47,349 nt of DNA, from assembly GCA_044868045.1 (NCBI GenBank), contig JBIOWA010000282.1:1-47349 (forward strand), given 5' to 3'. Source of the DNA: Candidatus Limnocylindrales bacterium. Lineage in GTDB: Bacteria > Chloroflexota > Limnocylindria > Limnocylindrales > CSP1-4. Shown in pieces: positions 26,919 through 35,677 of this stretch. Under the pieces are notes generated by a model. It ran no database searches and was not told the DNA's origin. It saw only the letters and a program-made list of their open reading frames with translations. Both the position numbers and the translations under genes were made by a program. Positions within the stretch are counted from its first letter, which is position 1. Every line of letters begins with the position of its first letter.

Positions 26919-27499
26919 GCGACGATCGCCCGCCGTCGGCCCTGCCAGGCGTACGTTACGGCGCGATCACGCGGTTCGCCGACGAGCGCGGCTCGTTCCG
27001 AGAGATGTGGCGCGAGGACACGTTCGGGCCGATCGATCCGGCGCTTGCCGGCGCACCACCAGGCGCGGTGCCGCGCTTCGTCCAGGCGAACCTGTCGACC
27101 TCGGCCACGAGCGTCCTGCGCGGTCTCCATCTCCATCGACGGCAGCTCGACCACTGGGTCGTGGCCACGGGTCGTGCGTTCGTGGGCCTGGTCGATGTCC
27201 GGCCGATGCTCGCCGGCGGCCCGACGCCGCGCATCGAGACCCGCGAGCTCGGCGCGGACGAGTGGGTCGATATCCCGATCGGCGTCGCCCACGGTTTCCT
27301 CGCCCTCGAGCCACTCGAGCTCGTCTACCTCGTCACGAACCTCTACGACGGCAGCGACGAGCTGGGATTCGCCTGGGACGACGCCATCGCCGCGGTCCCG
27401 TGGCCGGCGGCCGCAACCCGGGACGGTCGCCCGATCCTGTCCGAGCGCGATCGCTCGAACCCGCCCCTCGAGGTGCTCATCGCCCGGCTTCGGTCTTAG
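26915..27499 (+). CDS. rfbC: dTDP-4-dehydrorhamnose 3,5-epimerase
   Basis: Cupin motifs FADERGSFRE, LRGLHLH and IPIGVAHGF. ATGA overlap with rfbD. Confidence 0.9.
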   Translation: MSDDRPPSALPGVRYGAITRFADERGSFREMWREDTFGPIDPALAGAPPGAVPRFVQANLSTSATSVLRGLHLHRRQLDHWVVATGRAFVGLVDVRPMLAGGPTPRIETRELGADEWVDIPIGVAHGFLALEPLELVYLVTNLYDGSDELGFAWDDAIAAVPWPAAATRDGRPILSERDRSNPPLEVLIARLRS

Positions 27500-27661
27500 G
27501 CCTGACCTCCGGACCACTCCGCTCCCCACACCGCGAGACCGCACGGTCCAACGCTCCATCCGAAGGGGCTAATTCCGTCGGGACCATCCCGCGATAGTGC
27601 CGGCCGACGCCCGGCCCGACGCTGTGGCGCATCCGTTCAGCCCCCAGATCACGGAGCCCTC

Positions 27662-29035
27662 GTGCGTCGACCGTTCGCCGTCATCGCGTTCGTCCTGACC
27701 TTTGCGTTCGGCGCCTTCGTCGCGGCCACGCCCGTGCTCGCCGACGGCGCCCCGCCGCCCCAGCCGAAGGTCGTGATCATCGTCGGTGCGACGCACGCGA
27801 CGACCTCGACGTATCGGAGCTACGCGAATGCCGCCTATGCCGAGGCGATCAAATACACCCCGAACGTCAAGAAGGTCTACAGCCCGAACGCGACCTGGTC
27901 GGCCGTCAAGAATGCGGTCGTCGGCGCGAACGTCGTGATCTACTTCGGCCACGGCAACGGCTGGCCGAGCCCCTACGCCTATGACCCGAAGTTCACGACG
28001 AAGGACGGGTTCGGCCTCAACGCGACGGCCGGCAACGGCGACTCGAACACGAAGTATTACGGCGAGCCGTACGTCTCGACCCTCGACTTGGCGCCGGGGG
28101 CGGTGATCCTTCTCCATCACCTCTGTTATGCGTCGGGGAACTCCGAGCCGGGCTACCCGGCACCGACGAGAAGCGTCGCCAAGCAGCGGGTCGACAACTA
28201 CGGCGCCGGCTTCCTCAAGGCCGGCGTGGCCGCCGTCATCGCCGACGGCCATCGCGGCCCCATCGACTATCTCGCGGCGCTGTTCGCTCCTACCGACCAG
28301 ACCCTGGCCGACCTGTGGCGGACCCAGCCGAACTACCACGGCCACGAGTTCGGCTTCGGCTCCTCGCGGACGCCGGGCATGACCGCGCTGATGGATCCCG
28401 ACACTTCGACCAGCGGCTACTACCGATCCTTCATCGGCAACCCGGCCGCGACGACCGCCGACGTGCGGAATGGGACGCAACCGGTACCCCCGCCTCCTCC
28501 ACCCGGCGCATACGCGGTCCAGATGGTCTTCACCGACCTGTGGGACTCGCCGTTCGTGGCCTCGATCCAGTGGATCTACGACCAGAGGATCACCGTCGGT
28601 TGCACATCGACCCGCTACTGCCCGCTCGCGCCGGTCACCCGCGGGCAGATGGCGACGTTCCTGGCACGCGCGATGGACCTGCCGCCGGCGACGAAGGACT
28701 ACTTCTCCGATGACGACGGACTCACCCATGAGGCGGCGATCAACTCGATCGCGGAGGCCGGGATCACCGGCGGATGTGCGCCAAGGCGGTTCTGTCGTGA
28801 CGAGCCCGTCAGCCGCGCACAGATGGCGGCATTCCTCGTCCGGGCGCTCGACGTGCCGGCGGCCACCAAGGACTGGTTCTCCGACGACGATGGGTCGACC
28901 CTCGAACAGTCGATCAACGCGATGGCGGAGGCCGGCCTGACCCGCGGTTGCGGCGAGGGTGTGTTCTGCCCGAACCAGTCGGTCACCCGCGAGCAGATGG
29001 CCGCGTTCCTCGTCCGGGCGTTCAAGACGACCTAG
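27662..29035 (+). CDS. Secreted protein: unknown N-terminal domain with a His/Cys pair plus three C-terminal SLH-like repeats
   Basis: Signal peptide (MRRPFAVIAFVLTFAFGAFVAATPVLA). Three repeats from about nt 28529 of the form F.DD.....I......G.T.GC....FCP...VTR.QMA.FL.RA..LP. The GTG start follows GGAG. Confidence 0.75.
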   Translation: MRRPFAVIAFVLTFAFGAFVAATPVLADGAPPPQPKVVIIVGATHATTSTYRSYANAAYAEAIKYTPNVKKVYSPNATWSAVKNAVVGANVVIYFGHGNGWPSPYAYDPKFTTKDGFGLNATAGNGDSNTKYYGEPYVSTLDLAPGAVILLHHLCYASGNSEPGYPAPTRSVAKQRVDNYGAGFLKAGVAAVIADGHRGPIDYLAALFAPTDQTLADLWRTQPNYHGHEFGFGSSRTPGMTALMDPDTSTSGYYRSFIGNPAATTADVRNGTQPVPPPPPPGAYAVQMVFTDLWDSPFVASIQWIYDQRITVGCTSTRYCPLAPVTRGQMATFLARAMDLPPATKDYFSDDDGLTHEAAINSIAEAGITGGCAPRRFCRDEPVSRAQMAAFLVRALDVPAATKDWFSDDDGSTLEQSINAMAEAGLTRGCGEGVFCPNQSVTREQMAAFLVRAFKTT

Positions 29036-29159
29036 CCTCCGGGCGACCACCCCGGACCACCCCGGACCGGTCCGTACCAGTCCCCTGCCGGACCATCGGC
29101 GCCTTGTTCCGCCGAAGCCGCCCCACCTATGGTGGCGGCCCCGACGCGAGAGGATCGAC

Positions 29160-32141
29160 TTGCCCGCCGTTCAACGCCGATTGCTTCTGCCGATCGCGCT
29201 GGCGACGCCGCTGATCGTCGTCAGCGGTGCCCTTCCGGCCGGCGCGGCGCAGCCGAGATCGACGTTGCAGGTGCCCGAATCGGCGGGTCAGGAGGGATCG
29301 ATCCATTGGGAGCAGGCGCAGGCGCACGCCCGCGACGAGCTCGACCTACCCGCGGGCGACCGCGTCACCGTCGGCTTCAGCCCACGGACCGGCGATCCGT
29401 GGAAGGTCGCCGGCGCCGCACCGCGCGCATTGCCGGCGGGGCGGATGAGCGGCCGCGATCTCCGTTCCCCGACCCGAGGCGCCCAGCCAATCCGGCGGCC
29501 GGCGACCCCCGCCGTCGACCCTGACGCGGTCATCCCGGCCGACCCTGCCTCCCTGTCCGCGCCCACGGAGGAAGGACGCATCGACCTTACCGCCAGGGTC
29601 AGCGCCGCCGGCCTGCGCAAGGAGATCCTCGGCTTCCTGCCGTACTGGGAACTCACCGATCCGTCCACCGCGCTCGACTACACGAAGCTCTCGACGATCG
29701 CCTACTTCGGCGTCGGGGCGGCCGCGAACGGGACCCTGGAGCGGACCACCGCGAGCGGCGCGACCACGGTCGGCTGGCGCGGCTGGACCAGCGCCCAGCT
29801 CACGAAGGTCATCAACGACGCCCACCGGACCCACACCAGGGTCGTCCTGACCGTCCAGAGCTTTGCCTGGAGCACGGGAGGTGCGTACAAGCAGAAGGCG
29901 CTGCTGGGGAGCTCGACGGCACGGGTCAGGCTCGCCCGGCAGATCGCAGCCGCGGTCCGCGACCGCGGCGCCGACGGCGTCAACCTCGACTTCGAGCCCC
30001 TGATGTCCGGGTATGAGACCGAGTTCACGTCGTTCGTGCGCCGGCTCCGAACGGAGCTCGATGCGGTGCACGCGGGCTACCAGCTGACCTTCGACACGAC
30101 CGGATTCATCGGGAACTACCCGATCGAGGCGGCCACCGCCGTGGGCGCCGCCGATGCGATCCTCATCATGGGCTACGACTACCGGACTGCCGGGTCCAAC
30201 CCGGTCGGGTCCATCGCCCCGATCGGCGGTGCGCGCTACGACATCACGGATACGATCCGTGCGTACGCCGCCCGGGTGCCGCCGTCGAAGCTGATCCTAG
30301 GCGTGCCCTACTACGGGCGTGCCTGGTCGACGGACAGCGACAGGCTCAATGCCGCAAACATCAGCGGCGCGAGATACGGTCGATCGACGGCGATCGTCTA
30401 TGTCTCCGCGATCGGTGTGGTCCAGGATCACGGTCGGCGCTGGGACAGCCGCGAGGGTGTCGCCTGGACTGTCTACCGGCGCGAGAACTGCACGGCGGCC
30501 TACGGCTGCGTCACGTCGTGGCGACAGCTCTATCTCGACGATTCAACGGCGCTGCGCCTGAAGTACGACCTGGTCAACGGCTACCGGCTCCGAGGGGCGG
30601 GGATCTGGGCACTCGGCTATGACGGGACAAGGCCCGAGCTGTGGGCCGCGATCAAGGCGAAGTTCGTCACCGACACGACACCTCCGCGGGCATGGATCAC
30701 GCGGCTCGCACCCGCCCAGACGAGCCCTGGCTTCGCCGTCCGCTGGGGCGGCACCGACGACAGCGCGGTCGCGAGCTACGACCTCCAGGTCTCGACGGGC
30801 GGCGGCCCGTGGGCGACGTGGCTCACGAGGACCAGGACGACGTCCGGGCTCTATCCCGGCAACGACGGGCGGCGCTACTCGTTCCGGATCCGCGCGAGGG
30901 ACATCAAAGGCAATGTCGGTGCCTGGGTTGCAGTGCCCACGGCCGTCGCCGGCCGGAGCCTGAAGGGCGGCGGGTTCGGGTCGGTCCGCATCGATGGCCT
31001 GTCGGTCCGCGCCGCGCCGCGCACCACCGCGGAGCGCGTCGGCGCCGTGAGCACCGGCAACATCGTGGCCATCACCGGCGGCCCGGTGGAGGCCGATGGC
31101 TACACCTGGCACCGGATCCGGGGCCCGCTTCGTGACTGGCCTGCGTCGGCGACCGTCCACACCGACAAGTGGGTCGCAACGAGCTCGCCGAGCGAGGTCT
31201 ACGTGAAGCCGGCTACCGGTCCGCACCAGACACGGGTCGCCGGCCAGATCACCGGCTTGACGTTCGGCAATACGGGTCCCGCCAGCATCGGCAGCTCGGC
31301 GACGGCCAGGAAACATCGATCGTTCTCGCCGAACGGCGACGGCCGCTACGACCTCCTCAAGCTCCGCTGGACGAACGGCGTCGACCTCGACGCGCTCGAG
31401 CTCCGCGTGTTCCGTGCCGATGGCTCGGCTGTGGGCGTCGTCCCGATCACCGCGCTCGGGACCGGCGCCCGCCTCCGCGGCTGGGACGGCACGGTCGGCG
31501 GCAGGCGGGTCACCAACGGCCGCTACTACGTGACGCTCGTCGGGACGATCGGCGCGGCGACGCACGCAAATCCGTCGGCCGGGTTCGGGGGCGGCGTGCT
31601 GCTGGGCCGCTACGGCGTCAGGGTCGCGACGAGGCTGATCCCCTTCACCGACGTCACGAGCTTCGAGGCCGCGATCGAATGGCTGTACATGGAGGACATC
31701 ACCGCCGGCTGCTCGCCGACACGGTTCTGCCCGGACGCGCGCGTCACCCGCGTGCAGATGGCGCAGTTCCTGGCGCGAGCCCTGCATCTCCCGAGCGCCA
31801 CGACCGACTATTTCGACGACGACGACGGCATGCCCGGCGAACGCAACATCAACGCGATGGCCACGGCCGGCCTCACGGCCGGTTGCGGGTCCCGCCGTTT
31901 CTGCCCGAACCGGACCGTGACCCGCGTGCAGATGGCGCTGTTCCTCGCGCGCACGCTGCGGCTTCCGACGACCACCACCGACTACTTCGACGACGACGAT
32001 GGCCTGACCGGCGAACGTAGCATCAACGCGATCGCCAGGGCGGGGCTAGCGAATGGCTGTGCGCCGCGCCGGTTCTGCCCGACACAGGCGGTCACCCGCG
32101 AGCAGATGGCGGCGCTGCTCTACCGCGGCCTGACCAACTGA
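29160..32141 (+). CDS. Secreted multidomain GH18 glycoside hydrolase (GH18, FN3-like, SH3b-like, FlgD-Ig-like) with three SLH-like repeats
   Basis: GH18 motifs ILGFLPYWE, DGVNLDFEPL, IMGYDY, LGVPYYGR and GAGIWALGYD. An SPNGDGRYD FlgD-Ig-like segment. The C-terminal triple repeat is paralogous to that of the previous gene. I prefer the TTG at 29160, after AGAGGA, which gives a signal peptide (PAVQRRLLLPIALATPLIVVSGALPAGAA). Confidence 0.8.
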   Translation: MPAVQRRLLLPIALATPLIVVSGALPAGAAQPRSTLQVPESAGQEGSIHWEQAQAHARDELDLPAGDRVTVGFSPRTGDPWKVAGAAPRALPAGRMSGRDLRSPTRGAQPIRRPATPAVDPDAVIPADPASLSAPTEEGRIDLTARVSAAGLRKEILGFLPYWELTDPSTALDYTKLSTIAYFGVGAAANGTLERTTASGATTVGWRGWTSAQLTKVINDAHRTHTRVVLTVQSFAWSTGGAYKQKALLGSSTARVRLARQIAAAVRDRGADGVNLDFEPLMSGYETEFTSFVRRLRTELDAVHAGYQLTFDTTGFIGNYPIEAATAVGAADAILIMGYDYRTAGSNPVGSIAPIGGARYDITDTIRAYAARVPPSKLILGVPYYGRAWSTDSDRLNAANISGARYGRSTAIVYVSAIGVVQDHGRRWDSREGVAWTVYRRENCTAAYGCVTSWRQLYLDDSTALRLKYDLVNGYRLRGAGIWALGYDGTRPELWAAIKAKFVTDTTPPRAWITRLAPAQTSPGFAVRWGGTDDSAVASYDLQVSTGGGPWATWLTRTRTTSGLYPGNDGRRYSFRIRARDIKGNVGAWVAVPTAVAGRSLKGGGFGSVRIDGLSVRAAPRTTAERVGAVSTGNIVAITGGPVEADGYTWHRIRGPLRDWPASATVHTDKWVATSSPSEVYVKPATGPHQTRVAGQITGLTFGNTGPASIGSSATARKHRSFSPNGDGRYDLLKLRWTNGVDLDALELRVFRADGSAVGVVPITALGTGARLRGWDGTVGGRRVTNGRYYVTLVGTIGAATHANPSAGFGGGVLLGRYGVRVATRLIPFTDVTSFEAAIEWLYMEDITAGCSPTRFCPDARVTRVQMAQFLARALHLPSATTDYFDDDDGMPGERNINAMATAGLTAGCGSRRFCPNRTVTRVQMALFLARTLRLPTTTTDYFDDDDGLTGERSINAIARAGLANGCAPRRFCPTQAVTREQMAALLYRGLTN

Positions 32142-32149
32142 TGCCCGGC

Positions 32150-32155
32150 TACACT
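32150..32155 (+). promoter_or_regulatory. Candidate -10 element (TACACT) giving a leaderless transcript for the GT2 gene
   Basis: CTACACTGCCCGACG then the ATG at 32164, 9 nt after the -10 element. No Shine-Dalgarno sequence. Confidence 0.3.
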
Positions 32156-32163
32156 GCCCGACG

Positions 32164-32919
32164 ATGAGCGAGACCGGGGAAGCGACCTGGGTCGTCGTGC
32201 CGACGTACAACGAGGCGGACAACATCCGGCCGCTCACGGCGGTGATCCTCGCTGCGCTCCCCGACGCGACGGTCCTCATCGTCGATGACTCCTCGCCCGA
32301 CGGGACCGGCGGCATCGCCGACGAACTCGCGGCGAGCGATTCGCGCATCCGGGTCCGGCATCGGGCCGCCAAGCAGGGACTGGGGCGGGCGTACCTCGAC
32401 GGCTTCTCGGTCGCGCTGGCCGGCGGCGCCGCCATCGTGGTCCAGATGGACGCGGACTTCAGCCACGATCCGGCCACATTGCCCTCGCTCGTCGGGCCGA
32501 TCCAGCGCGACGAGGCCGACCTCGTCATCGGTTCGCGCTACACCCGCGGTGGCGGGGTGGTCGATTGGGGGTTCGGTCGACGGCTGATCTCGCGCAGCGG
32601 GTCGCTGTTCGCGCGGGTCGTGTTGGGCCTTTCGCCGAACGACCTGACGGGTGGGTTCAAGGCCTGGCGTGGCACGACGCTGGCGGCCATCCCGTTCGAT
32701 GGGATCCATGCCGGCGGGTACGTCTTCCAGATCGAGACCACCTTCCGCGCGAGCCGAGCCGGCGCCCGGATCCGCGAGACCCCGATCACGTTTCAGGATC
32801 GGCGGATCGGTCAGAGCAAGATGTCGCGGCGGATCATCGTGGAGGCATTCGTCGTCGTGGTCCGGCTGCGCCTCGAGGAGCTGACCCGGCGGTGGCGGGA
32901 GCGGCGGCAGCCGACGTGA
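32164..32919 (+). CDS. Polyprenol/dolichol-phosphate mannosyltransferase-like GT2 (Ppm1-type)
   Basis: VVVPTYNEADNI, LIVDDSSPDGTG, VQMDADFSHDP and GGFKAWR are typical of Dpm1/Ppm1 GT2 enzymes. Confidence 0.85.
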   Translation: MSETGEATWVVVPTYNEADNIRPLTAVILAALPDATVLIVDDSSPDGTGGIADELAASDSRIRVRHRAAKQGLGRAYLDGFSVALAGGAAIVVQMDADFSHDPATLPSLVGPIQRDEADLVIGSRYTRGGGVVDWGFGRRLISRSGSLFARVVLGLSPNDLTGGFKAWRGTTLAAIPFDGIHAGGYVFQIETTFRASRAGARIRETPITFQDRRIGQSKMSRRIIVEAFVVVVRLRLEELTRRWRERRQPT

Positions 32920-32939
32920 CCGACGGCGGGGGCGGCCCG

Positions 32940-34253
32940 ATGACCGGCGCCCGCGCCTCGCGGCTGGCGACCGGCGAGGGTGTGGCGGCCGCCTCGGGGT
33001 CCCGGACGGTACCGGGCGTGCGGGTCGTCATGGACGTTCGTGCCCTGCAGGAGCCGTCACGCGCACCGCGCACCGCCGCCTACCTCGAGGGCCTGCTCGG
33101 CGCGTTTGATGCATCGCCCGCGCCCGGCGAGTCGTTCGCGTTCCTGTTGGCCAGCGACGAGGACGATCCGACCCGCCGATTCGAGCACCTGGAGGTGATC
33201 GGCCGGCGGCTGCTCCCGCCAACGCGATTGTTGCGGTCCGCGGCACTGACCGTGGACCCGTTCCTGCTGCGGGGAGCGTCGCTCGGGGCGGCCTGGCGCG
33301 CCGAGGACCGCGGGGCGTCCGGTGCCGTCTACCACACGGCCGGCGGTGGCCTCCCGATCGCCTCACGCCTGCCCACCGTCGTGACCTTGCTCGACCTCGC
33401 CCCATGGGAGCTTCCGGGGGCGTTCCAACGGACCGTCGCGTCACGGTTCGGACAGCGGCTCCGCGCCCGGCTGCTTCGCGATGCGGCGGCCGTGCTCGTC
33501 GGCACCGACGCGGTCGCGCGATCGGCACGGAGGCTGCTCCACCTTCGCCGCGACCGCATCCGGGTCGTGGCGTTGGCGCCGAGACCCGCGTATGCCGTCG
33601 GCCCGAGCGCGCTCGCCGCCAGGTCGGCGGAGGCACGGGCGATCGTCGAGGGTCTCGGCCTCGTGGACCGATACCTGGTCTACCCCGGCCGGCACGACAT
33701 CCGCCAGGACGCGGCGACCATGCTCGCGGCATTGGCGAGCCTTGGCCGCCGGGAACGGCCCGATGACCTCCCGGACGCCGCGCCGTGGCCGCCACGGGCG
33801 CTCGTCCTCGACACCACCCCGGACGACCGTGCCGCCCTGGCCCGGATCGCCGCCCGACACGGTGCGGGCGATCACCTCGTCTACGCGCCGGCCATGGCGG
33901 CGGACGATGCGGCGGCCGTGGTCTCGGCATCGCGGGGCGTGGTCCTGCCGATGGTCTCCGAGTCGAGCGGCCTCGCGGCACTCGACGCACTCGCGGCCGG
34001 CGTGCCTGTGGTGGCGTCCGCCGTCGGGGCACTCCCCGAGATCGTGGGGACGGCCGGGATCCTGGTCGAGCCGCGGGATCGGGAACGGCTGGCGACGGCA
34101 CTCGCGGCCATGTGGAGCGACGGGCCAGTGCGCGCCGTGCTCGAGGAGGCTGCCAGCGAGCGGACCGCCGGACACGGCGCAGGGCTCAGGACCTGGGACG
34201 ACGTTGCCGCGGACGTCCGGGCGATCTACGCCGAGGTCGGCCGACGCGATTGA
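32940..34253 (+). CDS. GT4-family glycosyltransferase; start uncertain
   Basis: C-terminal GT-B motif VVLPMVSESSGLAALDALAAGVPVVASAVGALPEIVG. Alternative start near MDVRALQ. Confidence 0.75.
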   Translation: MTGARASRLATGEGVAAASGSRTVPGVRVVMDVRALQEPSRAPRTAAYLEGLLGAFDASPAPGESFAFLLASDEDDPTRRFEHLEVIGRRLLPPTRLLRSAALTVDPFLLRGASLGAAWRAEDRGASGAVYHTAGGGLPIASRLPTVVTLLDLAPWELPGAFQRTVASRFGQRLRARLLRDAAAVLVGTDAVARSARRLLHLRRDRIRVVALAPRPAYAVGPSALAARSAEARAIVEGLGLVDRYLVYPGRHDIRQDAATMLAALASLGRRERPDDLPDAAPWPPRALVLDTTPDDRAALARIAARHGAGDHLVYAPAMAADDAAAVVSASRGVVLPMVSESSGLAALDALAAGVPVVASAVGALPEIVGTAGILVEPRDRERLATALAAMWSDGPVRAVLEEAASERTAGHGAGLRTWDDVAADVRAIYAEVGRRD

Positions 34254-34258
34254 CTCGC

Positions 34259-34280
34259 GGCGCTCGTCGCCTCGAGCGCC
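34259..34280. terminator. GC-rich hairpin between convergent genes (candidate bidirectional terminator, no U-tract)
   Basis: GGCGCTCG (34259-34266) and CGAGCGCC (34273-34280) form a perfect 8-bp stem with a 6-nt loop. It sits in the 27-bp gap between the stops at 34253 (+) and 34281 (-). Confidence 0.4.
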
Positions 34281-35519
34281 TCACACGCCTCGCTCTCCGC
34301 GAAACTTCTTCTCCCAGTCCGGTGCCGGGGGCGCCTTGCCCGCCTTGAACACGATCCTTGAACCCTTCGGCATGACCTGGATGAACGTCTGCCCGACGGT
34401 CAGCGTGACCCGATGACCGTCCTTGTCGTAGAACCGCGTCGGATCGGTGATCGAGCGCTTGCGCCACGTCCCCTTGATGGTCTTCCCGTTGGTGGCGATC
34501 CAGGCCGTGCCCTTGCCGACGAACTGCGCTTCGAGTCGATGCTTGCGGCTGCCGTCGTTGAGCGGCCCGAAGCTCATGAGCATCACGACCACGTTCTTGG
34601 GGGCGACTCGCTTCTTGGTGCCCCGATCGGTCTGCTTCGCCTCGCCGGTGACGGACCGCAAGTACGTGTTGGTCCTGCGGTCGTAGCGGTAGACGATCGT
34701 GTTGTAGCTGTAGGCCACCGTGATGCTGCCGCCGACCGGGCGGTCGTCGAGGGGTGCGTCTGGAGCGAACCGCCAGGCAGCCTTCATGGGCTTATCCGTC
34801 GCCCCGACGCGCTTGGCCAGCGCGCGCAGCTCCTTGCCGGATGCATACACGTTGTGGGGCGCGAATCGGTCGCGCGTCCGGTGGAAGTAGATCCCTCCCC
34901 AACGGAACTCGTCCGCGTTGTACACGAGCTGGCCGCGCCCCTTCTGGCGGAGGGTCTGCATCGCCTGCGGCGAGCCGCCCACGTGCGCGTACACGGCCCG
35001 CCACTCGGCGGCCCATGCGATGTAGTACTGCCGCGCGCTGCGCACGGGGCCGACCGACGGCGCCACGCGGTCCTGGAAGATCAGCATGTAGCGCGGGATC
35101 CCGCCTTCGGCCGGCGCCTGCCAGACGATTGAGGCGTCCGTGAAGCCAGATTGCGGCCGAGCGTCACGGTGATCGTCGACCATCACCGCGATCGCGTGGC
35201 GCTCGGCGACGTCCTCGCGGACCATGCGGCCGGTGAGCGGCGCCGGGACCATGGTCGGTGTCGGAACCGGCGTCGGGGTCGGGATCGGGGTGGGTGTGGG
35301 CGTCGGCGTGGCGCTGGGAGTGGCCGTCGCGATGGCGCTCGGCTCGGGCGACGCAGACGGTGTAGCCGCACCACTGGCCACGGCCAGGCTCGACCGCGGA
35401 CCGCTGGACGGGGTGACGGCCCCGGCCGCGAGCACGCCCAGACCGACGCCGCCGACGCCGGCAAGCGCCAACAGCCCGATGACGGCGGACCTTGCCAGTC
35501 CCCTCCGCCGCCTCGCCAT
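34281..35519 (-). CDS. DUF3048 (YerB-like) secreted/lipoprotein
   Basis: N-terminal TM/signal segment, a Pro/Thr-rich linker (ATPTPTPTPIPTPTPVPTPT), then APLTG.....ERHAIAVMVDDHRDARPQSGFTDASIVWQAPAEGGIPRYMLIF, which is characteristic of DUF3048. Confidence 0.8.
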   Translation of the reverse strand: MARRRRGLARSAVIGLLALAGVGGVGLGVLAAGAVTPSSGPRSSLAVASGAATPSASPEPSAIATATPSATPTPTPTPIPTPTPVPTPTMVPAPLTGRMVREDVAERHAIAVMVDDHRDARPQSGFTDASIVWQAPAEGGIPRYMLIFQDRVAPSVGPVRSARQYYIAWAAEWRAVYAHVGGSPQAMQTLRQKGRGQLVYNADEFRWGGIYFHRTRDRFAPHNVYASGKELRALAKRVGATDKPMKAAWRFAPDAPLDDRPVGGSITVAYSYNTIVYRYDRRTNTYLRSVTGEAKQTDRGTKKRVAPKNVVVMLMSFGPLNDGSRKHRLEAQFVGKGTAWIATNGKTIKGTWRKRSITDPTRFYDKDGHRVTLTVGQTFIQVMPKGSRIVFKAGKAPPAPDWEKKFRGERGV

Positions 35520-35677
35520 GCGTATCTGACCCCTCTGCCGTTCCATCACGTCGGCCTCATCGCGAACCGCGGCAGGATAGCCTACAGGCGTGCGCGGCGC
35601 TCACGACGTGGCGGTACCCTCACCGGGACCGCTCCGACCGCCGTCGCCGCTGAGCGTGAAGCCTCGAGGAAGCCGAC

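Noticed and set aside
29045-29068. Tandem decamer GACCACCCCG x2.4 between the two SLH-protein genes
   Set aside because: It is very short, has only about two copies, and shows no obvious structure. Probably slippage in a GC-rich spacer. Noted but not considered functional.
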